The translations under genes and the position numbers were made by a program. The notes below the pieces were generated by a model, which did not search any database, had not been told where the DNA came from, and saw nothing but the letters and a program-made list of their open reading frames with translations. From a virus (Duplodnaviria; Caudoviricetes): DNA of 55,516 nt. How positions within the stretch are numbered: position 1 is the stretch's first letter; each line of letters begins with the position of its first letter. The stretch spans positions 1 to 55,516 of the IMG/VR virus record IMGVR_UViG_3300042934_000707; one strand, 5' to 3'. Of the stretch, positions 27,658 to 36,615 are shown piece after piece.

Positions 27658-28956
27658 TTACTTGGCTTTTGACAACACCTTGTTCGCCATGGTTGTTACA
27701 CCCCGGTACACGTAAGTGGCGTGGTCTTCCATCATGGTGGCAATCAGCTTGCCGAGGAACATGTACTGCGACACCGAACGACGGGCTGACTTGTGCAGGT
27801 CCATCAATTCCCGGTAGACCACATGGTCAAACTTGCCGGTTTCCTTGTTGATCACGTTGTCGTACGCGTCATCCAAGTCATCGGACAGGCGAGCCACGCG
27901 TTCACCCATGGAAGCAGCCATCTGTGCAAAGCGCACGGAGTCTTGGTTGAGCACCTGAGCCCGATCCATCACTTTCATGAAGTCCGGGAACGGTACCGCG
28001 CCACCGGTCTTGGCCAGCGCAGTGGTCACAGCCTTTTGGCCTGCCACAGCGTCCATACCCGGCACGGCCAACACAGCCTTAGGCGCCCCACCGATGGAGA
28101 ACCCATTGATGGTCCCGTTGGTGATGCCTGCGGTCAGGTTGTGCTCATCGTCCGCCTTGGTGGTGAACTTGATCGGATCACCGGCCAGCTTGGTGATCTT
28201 CGGGTAGCCTTTCTTGTCCAGCTCCACCACGCGGTTGCCCAGCAAGCGGAACTTGGTCAAGTCTTCAAACCCGTTACGGTCGAGCAACGAGGTGTCAAAG
28301 AAGTCAATGGCTTCCCGAATGGTCTCAGCGGTCATGCTGGTCGCAGCCGCCCGGAAGACCTTACTCATCTCGGTCGATTTCTCGAACAAGGTTTTGTAAT
28401 GCTTCTCGCAGGCTTCGATGAACTTGACGTCGTCATCAATGCAGGACACGAACTTGGTCACCGGCTTATCGTCCTTGGACAAGAAGCGGTAGATGTCCGG
28501 GGTGTCCAGCAGGATCGGGTTTGCCGCGATGCTGTCTTGCTTGGCCTTCAGTTCCATTTTGATCTTGAACAGGTTCTTACCGAACGTGCGCAAGTTCGTG
28601 GAGACTGCGTCGTAGGTGCGTTTGAGCATCTGAACGAGGTCAGACTCAAGCGACGGGTTGTGCAGAGCAGCCAAAGTGCGTCTAGCGTCCGCCAGAGACT
28701 CCTCAGGCGACGATCGAGGGGTAACCGCCGTAACGACCCCTTCATCGGCCAACCACTGCTTATACGCGCCGTCAACCACCATTACGTCGACCATGTTGCC
28801 GTCAGACAATTCGAACTGGTTGATGAACCCTTCCAGCGTGATGCGACTGTCCACCAAGGTGGCCATGTCAATCAGCGATTCCATTGCAGGGATCAGGTCA
28901 GGTTCAGATTCCAGCGAGACCCGTCCGACCAAGATGTCATTGATCGAAGGTTTCAT
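27658..28956 (-). CDS. Internal head/ejection protein with propeptide
   Basis: 432 aa; VSLES, PAMES, PSLES motifs; directly downstream of the protease gene. Confidence 0.7.
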   Translation of the reverse strand: MKPSINDILVGRVSLESEPDLIPAMESLIDMATLVDSRITLEGFINQFELSDGNMVDVMVVDGAYKQWLADEGVVTAVTPRSSPEESLADARRTLAALHNPSLESDLVQMLKRTYDAVSTNLRTFGKNLFKIKMELKAKQDSIAANPILLDTPDIYRFLSKDDKPVTKFVSCIDDDVKFIEACEKHYKTLFEKSTEMSKVFRAAATSMTAETIREAIDFFDTSLLDRNGFEDLTKFRLLGNRVVELDKKGYPKITKLAGDPIKFTTKADDEHNLTAGITNGTINGFSIGGAPKAVLAVPGMDAVAGQKAVTTALAKTGGAVPFPDFMKVMDRAQVLNQDSVRFAQMAASMGERVARLSDDLDDAYDNVINKETGKFDHVVYRELMDLHKSARRSVSQYMFLGKLIATMMEDHATYVYRGVTTMANKVLSKAK

Positions 28957-28960
28957 GGGA

Positions 28961-29770
28961 TCACCAGTTCATTGCGGCAGGGACGTAGATGCGGATCGGT
29001 TTCTCGATCTCAGCCACGAGGGAGAACAGCTCGTTGTTGGCACTTTCCATGGCGACATTACCACGGGCAATCTCAGCGGACAGTTCCAGCTCAGCGCGCA
29101 GGCTGTCGGTGAAGAAGCTCACTTCCAGATCGGCTTGGTTGGTGTCGGCGGAGAGCGACAGGTTTTCCATCGCTGGCATGACGTTCTTGAGGATCGAGTT
29201 GGACTTCGACGCGTCGGACATGCCCGGCTCGTTGACGTTGTCCCACGTGACGATCTTCTTGAGCATCTTGGTCTTACGACCGCCCAGGATCTTGTCCTCG
29301 GTAAAGGAACGGATCGAGAAGCACACGTCTTCTTCTGGGTTTTCGAACTGCTTCTCCAGCCACGCGTACGCCGAGCCGCTTGGTGCGACTAGGCCCATGA
29401 TCAGGATGATGTTGTTGCCCTGCTCGTCCTTGTGACCGTCGAAGGACAGCGACACTTTGGAGATGTGCGAGCAGATGTTGGGTTCGAAGATGTCGTTGAC
29501 CCGTTGGAACCATTGCAGCTGCGTCATGCCCGGTGCAAAGCGTGGGTGACCGTTCTCACCACGAAGCCGCTTGGCCAGGATACGACGTTGCAGTTCGGCA
29601 CTGTTCTCGAAGAGCGCTTTGGCGTGTTCGAACGAGTAGTACCAGCCTGCGGAGTTGTACGCGTTCAGGGCCCCGAGGATCACCCAACGGTAGCCGTTGG
29701 CATCCTTGGAGAGATTCCCCGCTTTGTTCACGCCGTTGATCGCGGCGCATTGGTAAACGATCTGTGTCAT
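28961..29770 (-). CDS. Prohead (head maturation) serine protease, phiKZ gp175/SPN3US gp245-like
   Basis: GENGHP (His), FSIRS (Ser), TWDNVNEPG (Asp); C-terminal AME autocleavage-type motifs. Confidence 0.9.
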   Translation of the reverse strand: MTQIVYQCAAINGVNKAGNLSKDANGYRWVILGALNAYNSAGWYYSFEHAKALFENSAELQRRILAKRLRGENGHPRFAPGMTQLQWFQRVNDIFEPNICSHISKVSLSFDGHKDEQGNNIILIMGLVAPSGSAYAWLEKQFENPEEDVCFSIRSFTEDKILGGRKTKMLKKIVTWDNVNEPGMSDASKSNSILKNVMPAMENLSLSADTNQADLEVSFFTDSLRAELELSAEIARGNVAMESANNELFSLVAEIEKPIRIYVPAAMNW

Positions 29771-29779
29771 GATGACCTC

Positions 29780-30505
29780 TTAAGTCCGAAGAATCTGCTC
29801 AGTACGCTCGACGCGGTCGCCGGGGTTGACAATGGCCGACGTCATGCCCTCGTCGAAGCGAGAACCCGTGATTTTAGCGATGGTGTTGGTGGCCCCGTAA
29901 CTGACGTTACGCAGCGGGATGACGGTTGGAGGGTTCTGAGTGATTTCTTCTTTGGTCTGAACAACCTGCCGGTAGTAACGACGCAAATCGTTAGGGTCAC
30001 GGGCGATTGTGCTTACGATGATTTCCATGACTGTAGGGGTCGAACCCACAGTGACGCCTGCGTGTTTCTTCGCAGAGTCAAACAAACGACCGAGGTCATC
30101 GTAACCGATGTACCACGGCACCCGGCCCTTGGCGATGATCTCGTCGTAGATCCGGTACATGAGGTTGTCGATCTTCACCAAGTCAAGCGATGCAATCACG
30201 CGATCGCCTGGCTCGTACTGCAACTCGAGGTATTCGACATCGTCGATCACCACGGTGTTGACCAGCGTAGGCTCGGTCCGAATAGGGGCGCAGATCATGG
30301 CCGACATGAAGTAGGTGTCGTCCAGTGTAATCGCGCAGATACCAACCAGCGTGATCTCATCTTCAAAGACTGCCAAATCGCGCTGGGGAAACCGAGCCGG
30401 GATATACATTTTGACTGGCTTAAGGGCTACCACCGAACGCTCAGCAGTTTCCTCAAGCGCTTTGTGCACGCGCGCAGCATCACGGATAAACTGGCTCGAT
30501 TTCAT
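29780..30505 (-). CDS. Virion RNA polymerase beta' C-terminal subunit (phiKZ gp176/SPN3US gp244-like)
   Basis: 241 aa; C-terminal VSYGATNTIAKITGSRFDEGMTSA resembles the beta' C-terminal conserved region; synteny. Confidence 0.7.
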   Translation of the reverse strand: MKSSQFIRDAARVHKALEETAERSVVALKPVKMYIPARFPQRDLAVFEDEITLVGICAITLDDTYFMSAMICAPIRTEPTLVNTVVIDDVEYLELQYEPGDRVIASLDLVKIDNLMYRIYDEIIAKGRVPWYIGYDDLGRLFDSAKKHAGVTVGSTPTVMEIIVSTIARDPNDLRRYYRQVVQTKEEITQNPPTVIPLRNVSYGATNTIAKITGSRFDEGMTSAIVNPGDRVERTEQILRT

Positions 30506-30555
30506 TTTCTCTCCACCTGGGTATAACCGGAGGGACGAACCCTCCGGTCACTGGG

Positions 30556-31908
30556 TTAAGCGGTTGCAATGCACAGTTGGGAAGCAATCCAGTTGTTGAC
30601 GTACTTGATCGTAGCCAACAGCGCGATTTCGCGTGGATCACCGTCACCGCCGAACTGAGCACCGACACGGTTGATGATCATGATGACAGAACGGGCATCG
30701 GATTCTGGGTAGAACACGTTGCACACGATGTCGGTCAGCGCTTGGTACAGGTCACCGCACTTGGCTTCAGTCAGCTTGTCGATTTCGGCCGACAGGCGAG
30801 TGCGCAGGATATCGGTGTCAACGCTGTCAGCGTCAAGCTTGGCGATTTCCATGCGAATGGCCGTGTCGATCACGTTACGGCAGATGCCGAACATCTCGGA
30901 CTGAGTGCGCAAGGCACGCAGGTTCATTTCACGATCGTAGATCGCTTTGAGACCCTGTGCGTTTTCGATCAGTTGACCGGCGGTGTACTTGCGACCTGCC
31001 ATTTCGTTGCCGATCAGGACTTCAGGACTCAAGCCATCGTCGAGCAACTTGCGGTAGGTTTCGCCCATCACAATCACCTGAGTGATCGAGGTGCGCTCTG
31101 GGACGTACAGCAGGCCCAGTTCACGGGACCGCTTGAAGTTGGCCGCACGGGCCAGTGTCATGGCTGCTGCTGCATGGATCACAGCGTTCAGCGCCGCGTT
31201 GTAGTCGTGCAGGCCCAGCTTCACGCCTTCACCCGGTTCGTCGTAGATGGCTTGAGCCACCACCATCAGACCCGGTGCATAATCGAAGTCCATGTCACCG
31301 AAGCCTTTACGGCCAGCGAGCACGTCCATCACCTGAGCGTAGCCTTCGTTGTTGTTCAACGAGAGCAGGTTCGCCAGATCCGCATCAGAACCGGCCATGC
31401 CAGTCTTGGCGTGAGCGATGATGTCGTCCACGACCATGATGTTGATGACCTTGGCTGGCGGGTAACTGAGGTCACGCACACCGTAACGCTCGGCCATGCC
31501 GATAACGCCTTGGTTGGTGAACGCTGCCGGGATCTCTTTCATGACGATCTCGTACGGCGAGGTGGCCGATTGACGACGACCTTCGACCGAACCGCTCACT
31601 TGCTCAACCAGCAGCTTGATGTGCGGCAGAACAACGTTACGGGCGTTGTCCAGTGTACGGCTCACGCATTCGGAAGCCACTTTCACCAGATCGGTCATGG
31701 CCAGACCATGCGCCACTTCTTTGGAACGTTCCGAGACCAGACCCACGAGGTCCGCATTCTCAGAGATGCCCAGGTCAAAACCTGAACGGTTGCAGGAGAG
31801 CAGCAGGCTCATCATCGGCGTGCCATCTTTAGGCAGCAGACGGATGCCGCGCTCTTTCAGCTTCTCGGCCACCGGCAGAGCTGCTTCAATACTGACACGG
31901 TTAAGCAT
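30556..31908 (-). CDS. Head-associated structural protein (phiKZ gp177/SPN3US gp243-like)
   Basis: Likely start MLNRVSIE at 31908 (ORF open from 31956); synteny. Confidence 0.7.
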   Translation of the reverse strand: MLNRVSIEAALPVAEKLKERGIRLLPKDGTPMMSLLLSCNRSGFDLGISENADLVGLVSERSKEVAHGLAMTDLVKVASECVSRTLDNARNVVLPHIKLLVEQVSGSVEGRRQSATSPYEIVMKEIPAAFTNQGVIGMAERYGVRDLSYPPAKVINIMVVDDIIAHAKTGMAGSDADLANLLSLNNNEGYAQVMDVLAGRKGFGDMDFDYAPGLMVVAQAIYDEPGEGVKLGLHDYNAALNAVIHAAAAMTLARAANFKRSRELGLLYVPERTSITQVIVMGETYRKLLDDGLSPEVLIGNEMAGRKYTAGQLIENAQGLKAIYDREMNLRALRTQSEMFGICRNVIDTAIRMEIAKLDADSVDTDILRTRLSAEIDKLTEAKCGDLYQALTDIVCNVFYPESDARSVIMIINRVGAQFGGDGDPREIALLATIKYVNNWIASQLCIATA

Positions 31909-32095
31909 TTCGGGCGCCCTCGATGGAGTTGTTGATTTCGCTGGCCGCCAGAGCACACATCGTACGTTCCGTCACGGGAACGCCATCGAGATGGTTGGAG
32001 ATCAGGTTACCGGACACGTTGGCGATCACTTCTGTGGCCAACTGCACAGCGTTCGCAGCCACCGTGAGGTTATCGAATTCGATAGCAGTGCTCAT
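31901..32095 (-). CDS. Small conserved protein (SPN3US gp242 position)
   Basis: 64 aa, AGGA RBS, overlaps the next start. Confidence 0.7.
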   Translation of the reverse strand: MSTAIEFDNLTVAANAVQLATEVIANVSGNLISNHLDGVPVTERTMCALAASEINNSIEGARNA

Positions 32096-32157
32096 GAGTA
32101 AATTCCTGTGATTTCAATTCTTGTAAAGCAATCCGGGGATCGCTCCCCGGACTTCTC

Positions 32158-35100
32158 TTACGACTTATCGTTGCTCATCCACATCCGAGCAGCCGCTTCG
32201 CCGATGGCGGTTTGGACTGCAATGGACATACCCAAGATGATCGCAGACAGAACGATCCGGTCAATGACCGACTTGGCACCGAAGATGGCGTTCAGGGCGA
32301 CACCGGATTCGGTTTCGTTGATCCCAGACAGACGATGACCAATAACAGTCTTCATCTGGTTACAGAACACCGCCTTGTCACCGACGCCCATCGATTCGGT
32401 GTAGGTGATGTAGATCTTGATGGCAACGTGGTCAAGGTCAAGACCGTTCCCGTCAATGCGAAGGGATTGGTCCACCTGACCGGTGATGTTGTTTTTACCC
32501 AGCCGCTTGGATTTCTTCCGACGTTCTTTGTCACCGGCTTGAACGATCTCCAACAGCGAGTCCGACATGTCGTCCGGGTCACCGTGGTAGAACACTTCCG
32601 TCTTGGCGACTTTGCCCACCACACCAGCACGTGGTGAAGGGGAACCCATCAGACGAAGTGTGTCCAAATCCTTTTCATTGAACAGTCCAGAATCAGCCAC
32701 ATTGGCATCGACAATCGTGCATAGGATACTGTCGATATCCGTGACATCCCCGACTTTCACGAGGTTCTTCACGGTCTGATCTGCACGCACGACCACGGTC
32801 TTGACTTTCGTCACCGGAGCCTTGAGTTGATCAGCCAACCAATCATCAATGGCCGAGGAGTCTTCCAAGGTGTAGGAAGCTTCCATCAACGCGGTCTTGG
32901 CAATCACGCCCGCTTTCCACATCACCTGACGCTTGTGGAAACGGCTCGGCTTAAAGAAGCCCGAGTTGTACTTGATCACATCGCCTTTCTTGACTTTGTC
33001 ACCCAGTTCAAACGTGGTGGCCTGCACCTGAGGGTAGACCGAACCGTTGGAGATCCCGTACTGCGTGGTCAGGTCATGGTGAACGAAACTGCCATCGGCG
33101 TACTGCACCACAATGTGCTCAGCACTCTTCTCGATGACTTCACCGTCTTGATCGGCTGTGGCGGCGAAGATGTCGTCCACCCGTTGGGCAATGACATGGT
33201 CGTAACCGGTGCTCAGCGGGGATTCACGGTAGCCTGTGGTAGCGATCACGTGAGACTGCTGAATGCCGATGAAGTTAACCCGCTTCGGGTCATCCCGGTC
33301 AGAGCACGGCGAAATCAACGCCGCGGTCGACACCAAGGAACTGGCACCGTCTTCACCCGGTTTGAACGTACGCACCGTACCACGGACACTGGTCAGGTTA
33401 GCGTTAGGCGGCATGTACGTGATCACAGCCACGTCACCGGAGTCCACCGTTGCCTCGGAGATGAACCCCAAGTCGCTTTCCTTATACAGTCGCGCTTCGG
33501 CCGTCATCGAACGGCTGCTGCGACCCCCACGACCACCGTAGGTGATGATCTCTTTCTGTTTCAGGTTCTGGATCGGGTTGATGTCGTCGACCAACGCAGC
33601 AGCCGGGTCTTGAACGATGTTCGTCCAGACTTCGTGCGGCTTCATGGTGACTTGCGAAGTGTTCGAGGCGTTACGCGAGTTGTAGACACGCACCGAGCGC
33701 ACCAACTCACTGTAGATCGCACCCGGAATACGCTCGTAGCCCTTCGCCCGTTCCAGCCCTTCAATCAGCCCATCAGCCCCTTCCACTGCGACAGGGACGT
33801 AACGGGTGACCAGCATCTCACAGGCCCGTTCCAGCAACGGAATGAACTCGGTCGGCTCTTTCATCCATTCAAGGACGCCCTTGGTGATCGGGTCAACGAA
33901 CATGGCGTTCATCAAGTCCAACTCACGCAGGTAACGCAGGCCGATGTTGTTCTCGTTCAGGACGTTGAAGTACACGTCTTTGTCGTTGAAGCTGTGACGA
34001 CTGAACTGACGGATCTGACGGTGGTATTGCAGGAAGCCCCCGAAGATCAGAGCGTTACGCTGATCGAGCTTGTCAAAGACCAAGGTCTCATCCAAGAAGC
34101 GCAGCGCGTACTCATCATCGGACATCTTGAGGTTCGTGCCCAATGGCACCACCCGGTACTTGGCCTTGGTGTTCTCCAGCAAGGCGTTAAAGCCCAGCAG
34201 GTAACCCAGCACAGCACCGATTGGAATGACCTTACCGAAGATGCTGACTTCTGCCACCGAGACAGGCGCCTTCTCTTTCGAGATGCCGAGGATGTCCTCG
34301 ATTGCACCCAGCTCCGTCACCTTGTCAGTGTGGTTGTCGACCAAGTAGAACTGATCGTTGCGGTCCACCATGATGTAACGTTTGTCACGACGACCAACTG
34401 CGGTCCAACCTTTGTACTTGCTTTCGATGGCTGTCAGGTCCGCTTCCGTGAAGAGCTTGGACTTCAACCGGTTCTTGTAATCGAACCAGTACTGACCGTT
34501 GCAGGTAAAGGCCATGATACGGCTGGAGATGATCGCGTAGATGCGAGGCAGGTCCTGACTGTAGTCAGCCACGTCGGCCAACCGCATTTCGGTCAAGGTG
34601 GTGTTTTCCTTGTCCTGACCCATCTTGACGATCTGGTTGGTGATCCACTTGTCGTAGTCAAAGACCGAACGGGTAGAACGGTCCACGAAGATCTTGGCGT
34701 AGTAGGAGGACAGAGCCACCCGGTCACGGTTGATCTTGCGGATCGGCACGTCAGCTTTCTGAGCCCGCATGCGGTAGCGCTGGCCGTTGGAGACGTACAC
34801 GCCTCGTTTGTCCACCACAGGCACACGCACTTGGATGGTCGAGGGTTTGCCGGTGACCGGCGTCAGCTGAATCGTGTGGACTTCGTAGTTGCTGACTGCA
34901 TCCTCTACCACCCTCACCGAATACCCCGTGACCGCAATGCCTGCCTTTTGAACAGACAGGACGCAGTTGAGGATATCCTTCTTCATCACCTTTTCGATGT
35001 ACTGACTGTCCATCATCTCGACGGTCGAGTGCAGCATCGATTTGTCTTTGACCGCATCAGTGTCCGGGTAAGACTCTGCCGGAGCAAACACCAAGTCTTC

Positions 35101-36615
35101 CTGGGTGACGGTCATCGATTCCTCGATGGTCTGCTCAGGGTTCCATGGGTTCTTGATTACGGTGTAGGACTTGGACAGACGCTGCATGCGGCGCACTTCA
35201 GCAGCCGACACCATGTTCTTGTCAACCAGCTCGTCGAGCTTGCTGTCGATGGAACTGGTCAGGGTCTGTTCAATGTTACGGTTACCCACAGCCTGAGGAA
35301 TGTTCTCAGCCACTGACTGCGCGCTTTCGATGATCAGCTCACCGTCCTCGTCCGTCATGATGGCTTTCTCTTCCGTCCGGGCTTGTTTGTCCAGGTCTTC
35401 AGAGAGGGTTTCTTCCTCATCGATCAACAAGCCGTCCTCAGTGGTGTTCTTGAGGATTTGCAGGTCAGCCTCACGGTCGTCCTGTTTCTCGGCTTCAGCT
35501 TCTTCGAGGTCTTTGTTCTCCTCTTCTTCGCTGTTGATCAGGTTGCCGTTGTCGATGATGGGGTTGGTGGCGGCAATGATCTTGACCAGCAGGCCCAAGA
35601 AGCGGATCTGCAAGACCTTTGGATCAAGGCCACGGCCACTGGCCGATTCGAGCGAGACGTTGTCGTGCGGAATGGCTTGCACCGAACCGTCGTCAAAGAC
35701 CAAGTCAAACGACGAATCTGACACGTGCCCGACTTCAGCCTCACGGATCTGCCAGTTACCGTCCAAGTCCATGGACGCCATCGACACGGACAGACCTTGC
35801 ATCAAAGCCAGATCGTCCAGCACACCTTCGAGCGAAGCCCGCTTCACGCTACGACGCCACGAATCCAGTTTGCCCAAGTTAATGGCAATCCAGCCGGTGT
35901 CTTTGCGCAGGATGATGTTGGTGGTGGTGAACTTGTCTTCCGACAGACGCCCCATCGGGGTGTTCTCACGGTCATTCCCCAACCACGCGAACATGTCCAA
36001 GATGTCCAACCGCTCACGGCTGTTGAAGACTTTGACCAGCTCAGGGGTCATGCGTTTCTCAGCCCGACGAATCTCGGCCAAGGTTGGCAGCACTTTAGGA
36101 ATGTCCATCACCACGAAGTGATGACGCTCGTGCGGGGTGTTCAACGAGTTGATCGTGTCCCAGAGCGTGTTACGGATGTTCTTCCAGTACCAGTACAAGG
36201 ACAGCGCTGAACGCATGTACTTGAACATCTTGCCGACCATCGAGTAGTTGATGACGACAGTGTTGAGCGGCTCACGGGTGGCCATCTCGTAATCGTTCAT
36301 CGGACGGATCTGCATGTTGTCACGACGATACTGTTGCATCATCGGACCGGGCAGCACATACGAGGGACGCGGCGCGCCATCGGCTGTGGTCAACTTGGTG
36401 ACGTGCTGAACGTAGATCAACCGTTGCACGTTGGCCAGGAATGGGTTCTCACGAGAAGGACCCAGTTCGGTTTCGTTTTGAGGCAGGTAGTGCAGGACAC
36501 TACCTCGCGGCAGCGCCAGTCGCTCGATCCTGCGGACCTTCGGGTTCATCAGCTGCTCGGCACGGAAAATGCCGAAGAGTCTAATGTACCGTTCGTACGG
36601 GAGCATTACTGCCAT
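32158..36615 (-). CDS. Virion RNA polymerase beta N-terminal subunit (phiKZ gp178-like)
   Basis: 1485 aa; YVSNGQRY, GGRGGRS, ISEATVDSGDV, DDPKR..F...QQSH, TLEDS, GDKAVFCNQMKT motifs. Confidence 0.92.
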   Translation of the reverse strand: MAVMLPYERYIRLFGIFRAEQLMNPKVRRIERLALPRGSVLHYLPQNETELGPSRENPFLANVQRLIYVQHVTKLTTADGAPRPSYVLPGPMMQQYRRDNMQIRPMNDYEMATREPLNTVVINYSMVGKMFKYMRSALSLYWYWKNIRNTLWDTINSLNTPHERHHFVVMDIPKVLPTLAEIRRAEKRMTPELVKVFNSRERLDILDMFAWLGNDRENTPMGRLSEDKFTTTNIILRKDTGWIAINLGKLDSWRRSVKRASLEGVLDDLALMQGLSVSMASMDLDGNWQIREAEVGHVSDSSFDLVFDDGSVQAIPHDNVSLESASGRGLDPKVLQIRFLGLLVKIIAATNPIIDNGNLINSEEEENKDLEEAEAEKQDDREADLQILKNTTEDGLLIDEEETLSEDLDKQARTEEKAIMTDEDGELIIESAQSVAENIPQAVGNRNIEQTLTSSIDSKLDELVDKNMVSAAEVRRMQRLSKSYTVIKNPWNPEQTIEESMTVTQEDLVFAPAESYPDTDAVKDKSMLHSTVEMMDSQYIEKVMKKDILNCVLSVQKAGIAVTGYSVRVVEDAVSNYEVHTIQLTPVTGKPSTIQVRVPVVDKRGVYVSNGQRYRMRAQKADVPIRKINRDRVALSSYYAKIFVDRSTRSVFDYDKWITNQIVKMGQDKENTTLTEMRLADVADYSQDLPRIYAIISSRIMAFTCNGQYWFDYKNRLKSKLFTEADLTAIESKYKGWTAVGRRDKRYIMVDRNDQFYLVDNHTDKVTELGAIEDILGISKEKAPVSVAEVSIFGKVIPIGAVLGYLLGFNALLENTKAKYRVVPLGTNLKMSDDEYALRFLDETLVFDKLDQRNALIFGGFLQYHRQIRQFSRHSFNDKDVYFNVLNENNIGLRYLRELDLMNAMFVDPITKGVLEWMKEPTEFIPLLERACEMLVTRYVPVAVEGADGLIEGLERAKGYERIPGAIYSELVRSVRVYNSRNASNTSQVTMKPHEVWTNIVQDPAAALVDDINPIQNLKQKEIITYGGRGGRSSRSMTAEARLYKESDLGFISEATVDSGDVAVITYMPPNANLTSVRGTVRTFKPGEDGASSLVSTAALISPCSDRDDPKRVNFIGIQQSHVIATTGYRESPLSTGYDHVIAQRVDDIFAATADQDGEVIEKSAEHIVVQYADGSFVHHDLTTQYGISNGSVYPQVQATTFELGDKVKKGDVIKYNSGFFKPSRFHKRQVMWKAGVIAKTALMEASYTLEDSSAIDDWLADQLKAPVTKVKTVVVRADQTVKNLVKVGDVTDIDSILCTIVDANVADSGLFNEKDLDTLRLMGSPSPRAGVVGKVAKTEVFYHGDPDDMSDSLLEIVQAGDKERRKKSKRLGKNNITGQVDQSLRIDGNGLDLDHVAIKIYITYTESMGVGDKAVFCNQMKTVIGHRLSGINETESGVALNAIFGAKSVIDRIVLSAIILGMSIAVQTAIGEAAARMWMSNDKS

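Noticed and set aside
32640-32760. Local shift to A/T-ending codons near the end of vRNAP beta-N
   Set aside because: Alternative frames give only short ORFs (about 32 aa) without features; it could hide an internal promoter but is unsupported
32827-35316. Long antisense ORFs (829 aa here; also 19185..21200, 13868..15538, 22642..24192, 38607..39965, 42957..44327)
   Set aside because: Shadows of strongly codon-biased genes on the opposite strand; no RBS, motifs or protein-like composition
36581-36615. Intron or homing endonuclease between the RNAP beta'-N and beta-N genes, or an intein in TerL
   Set aside because: The genes overlap directly, lengths are ordinary, and no HNH, LAGLIDADG or intein motifs were seen
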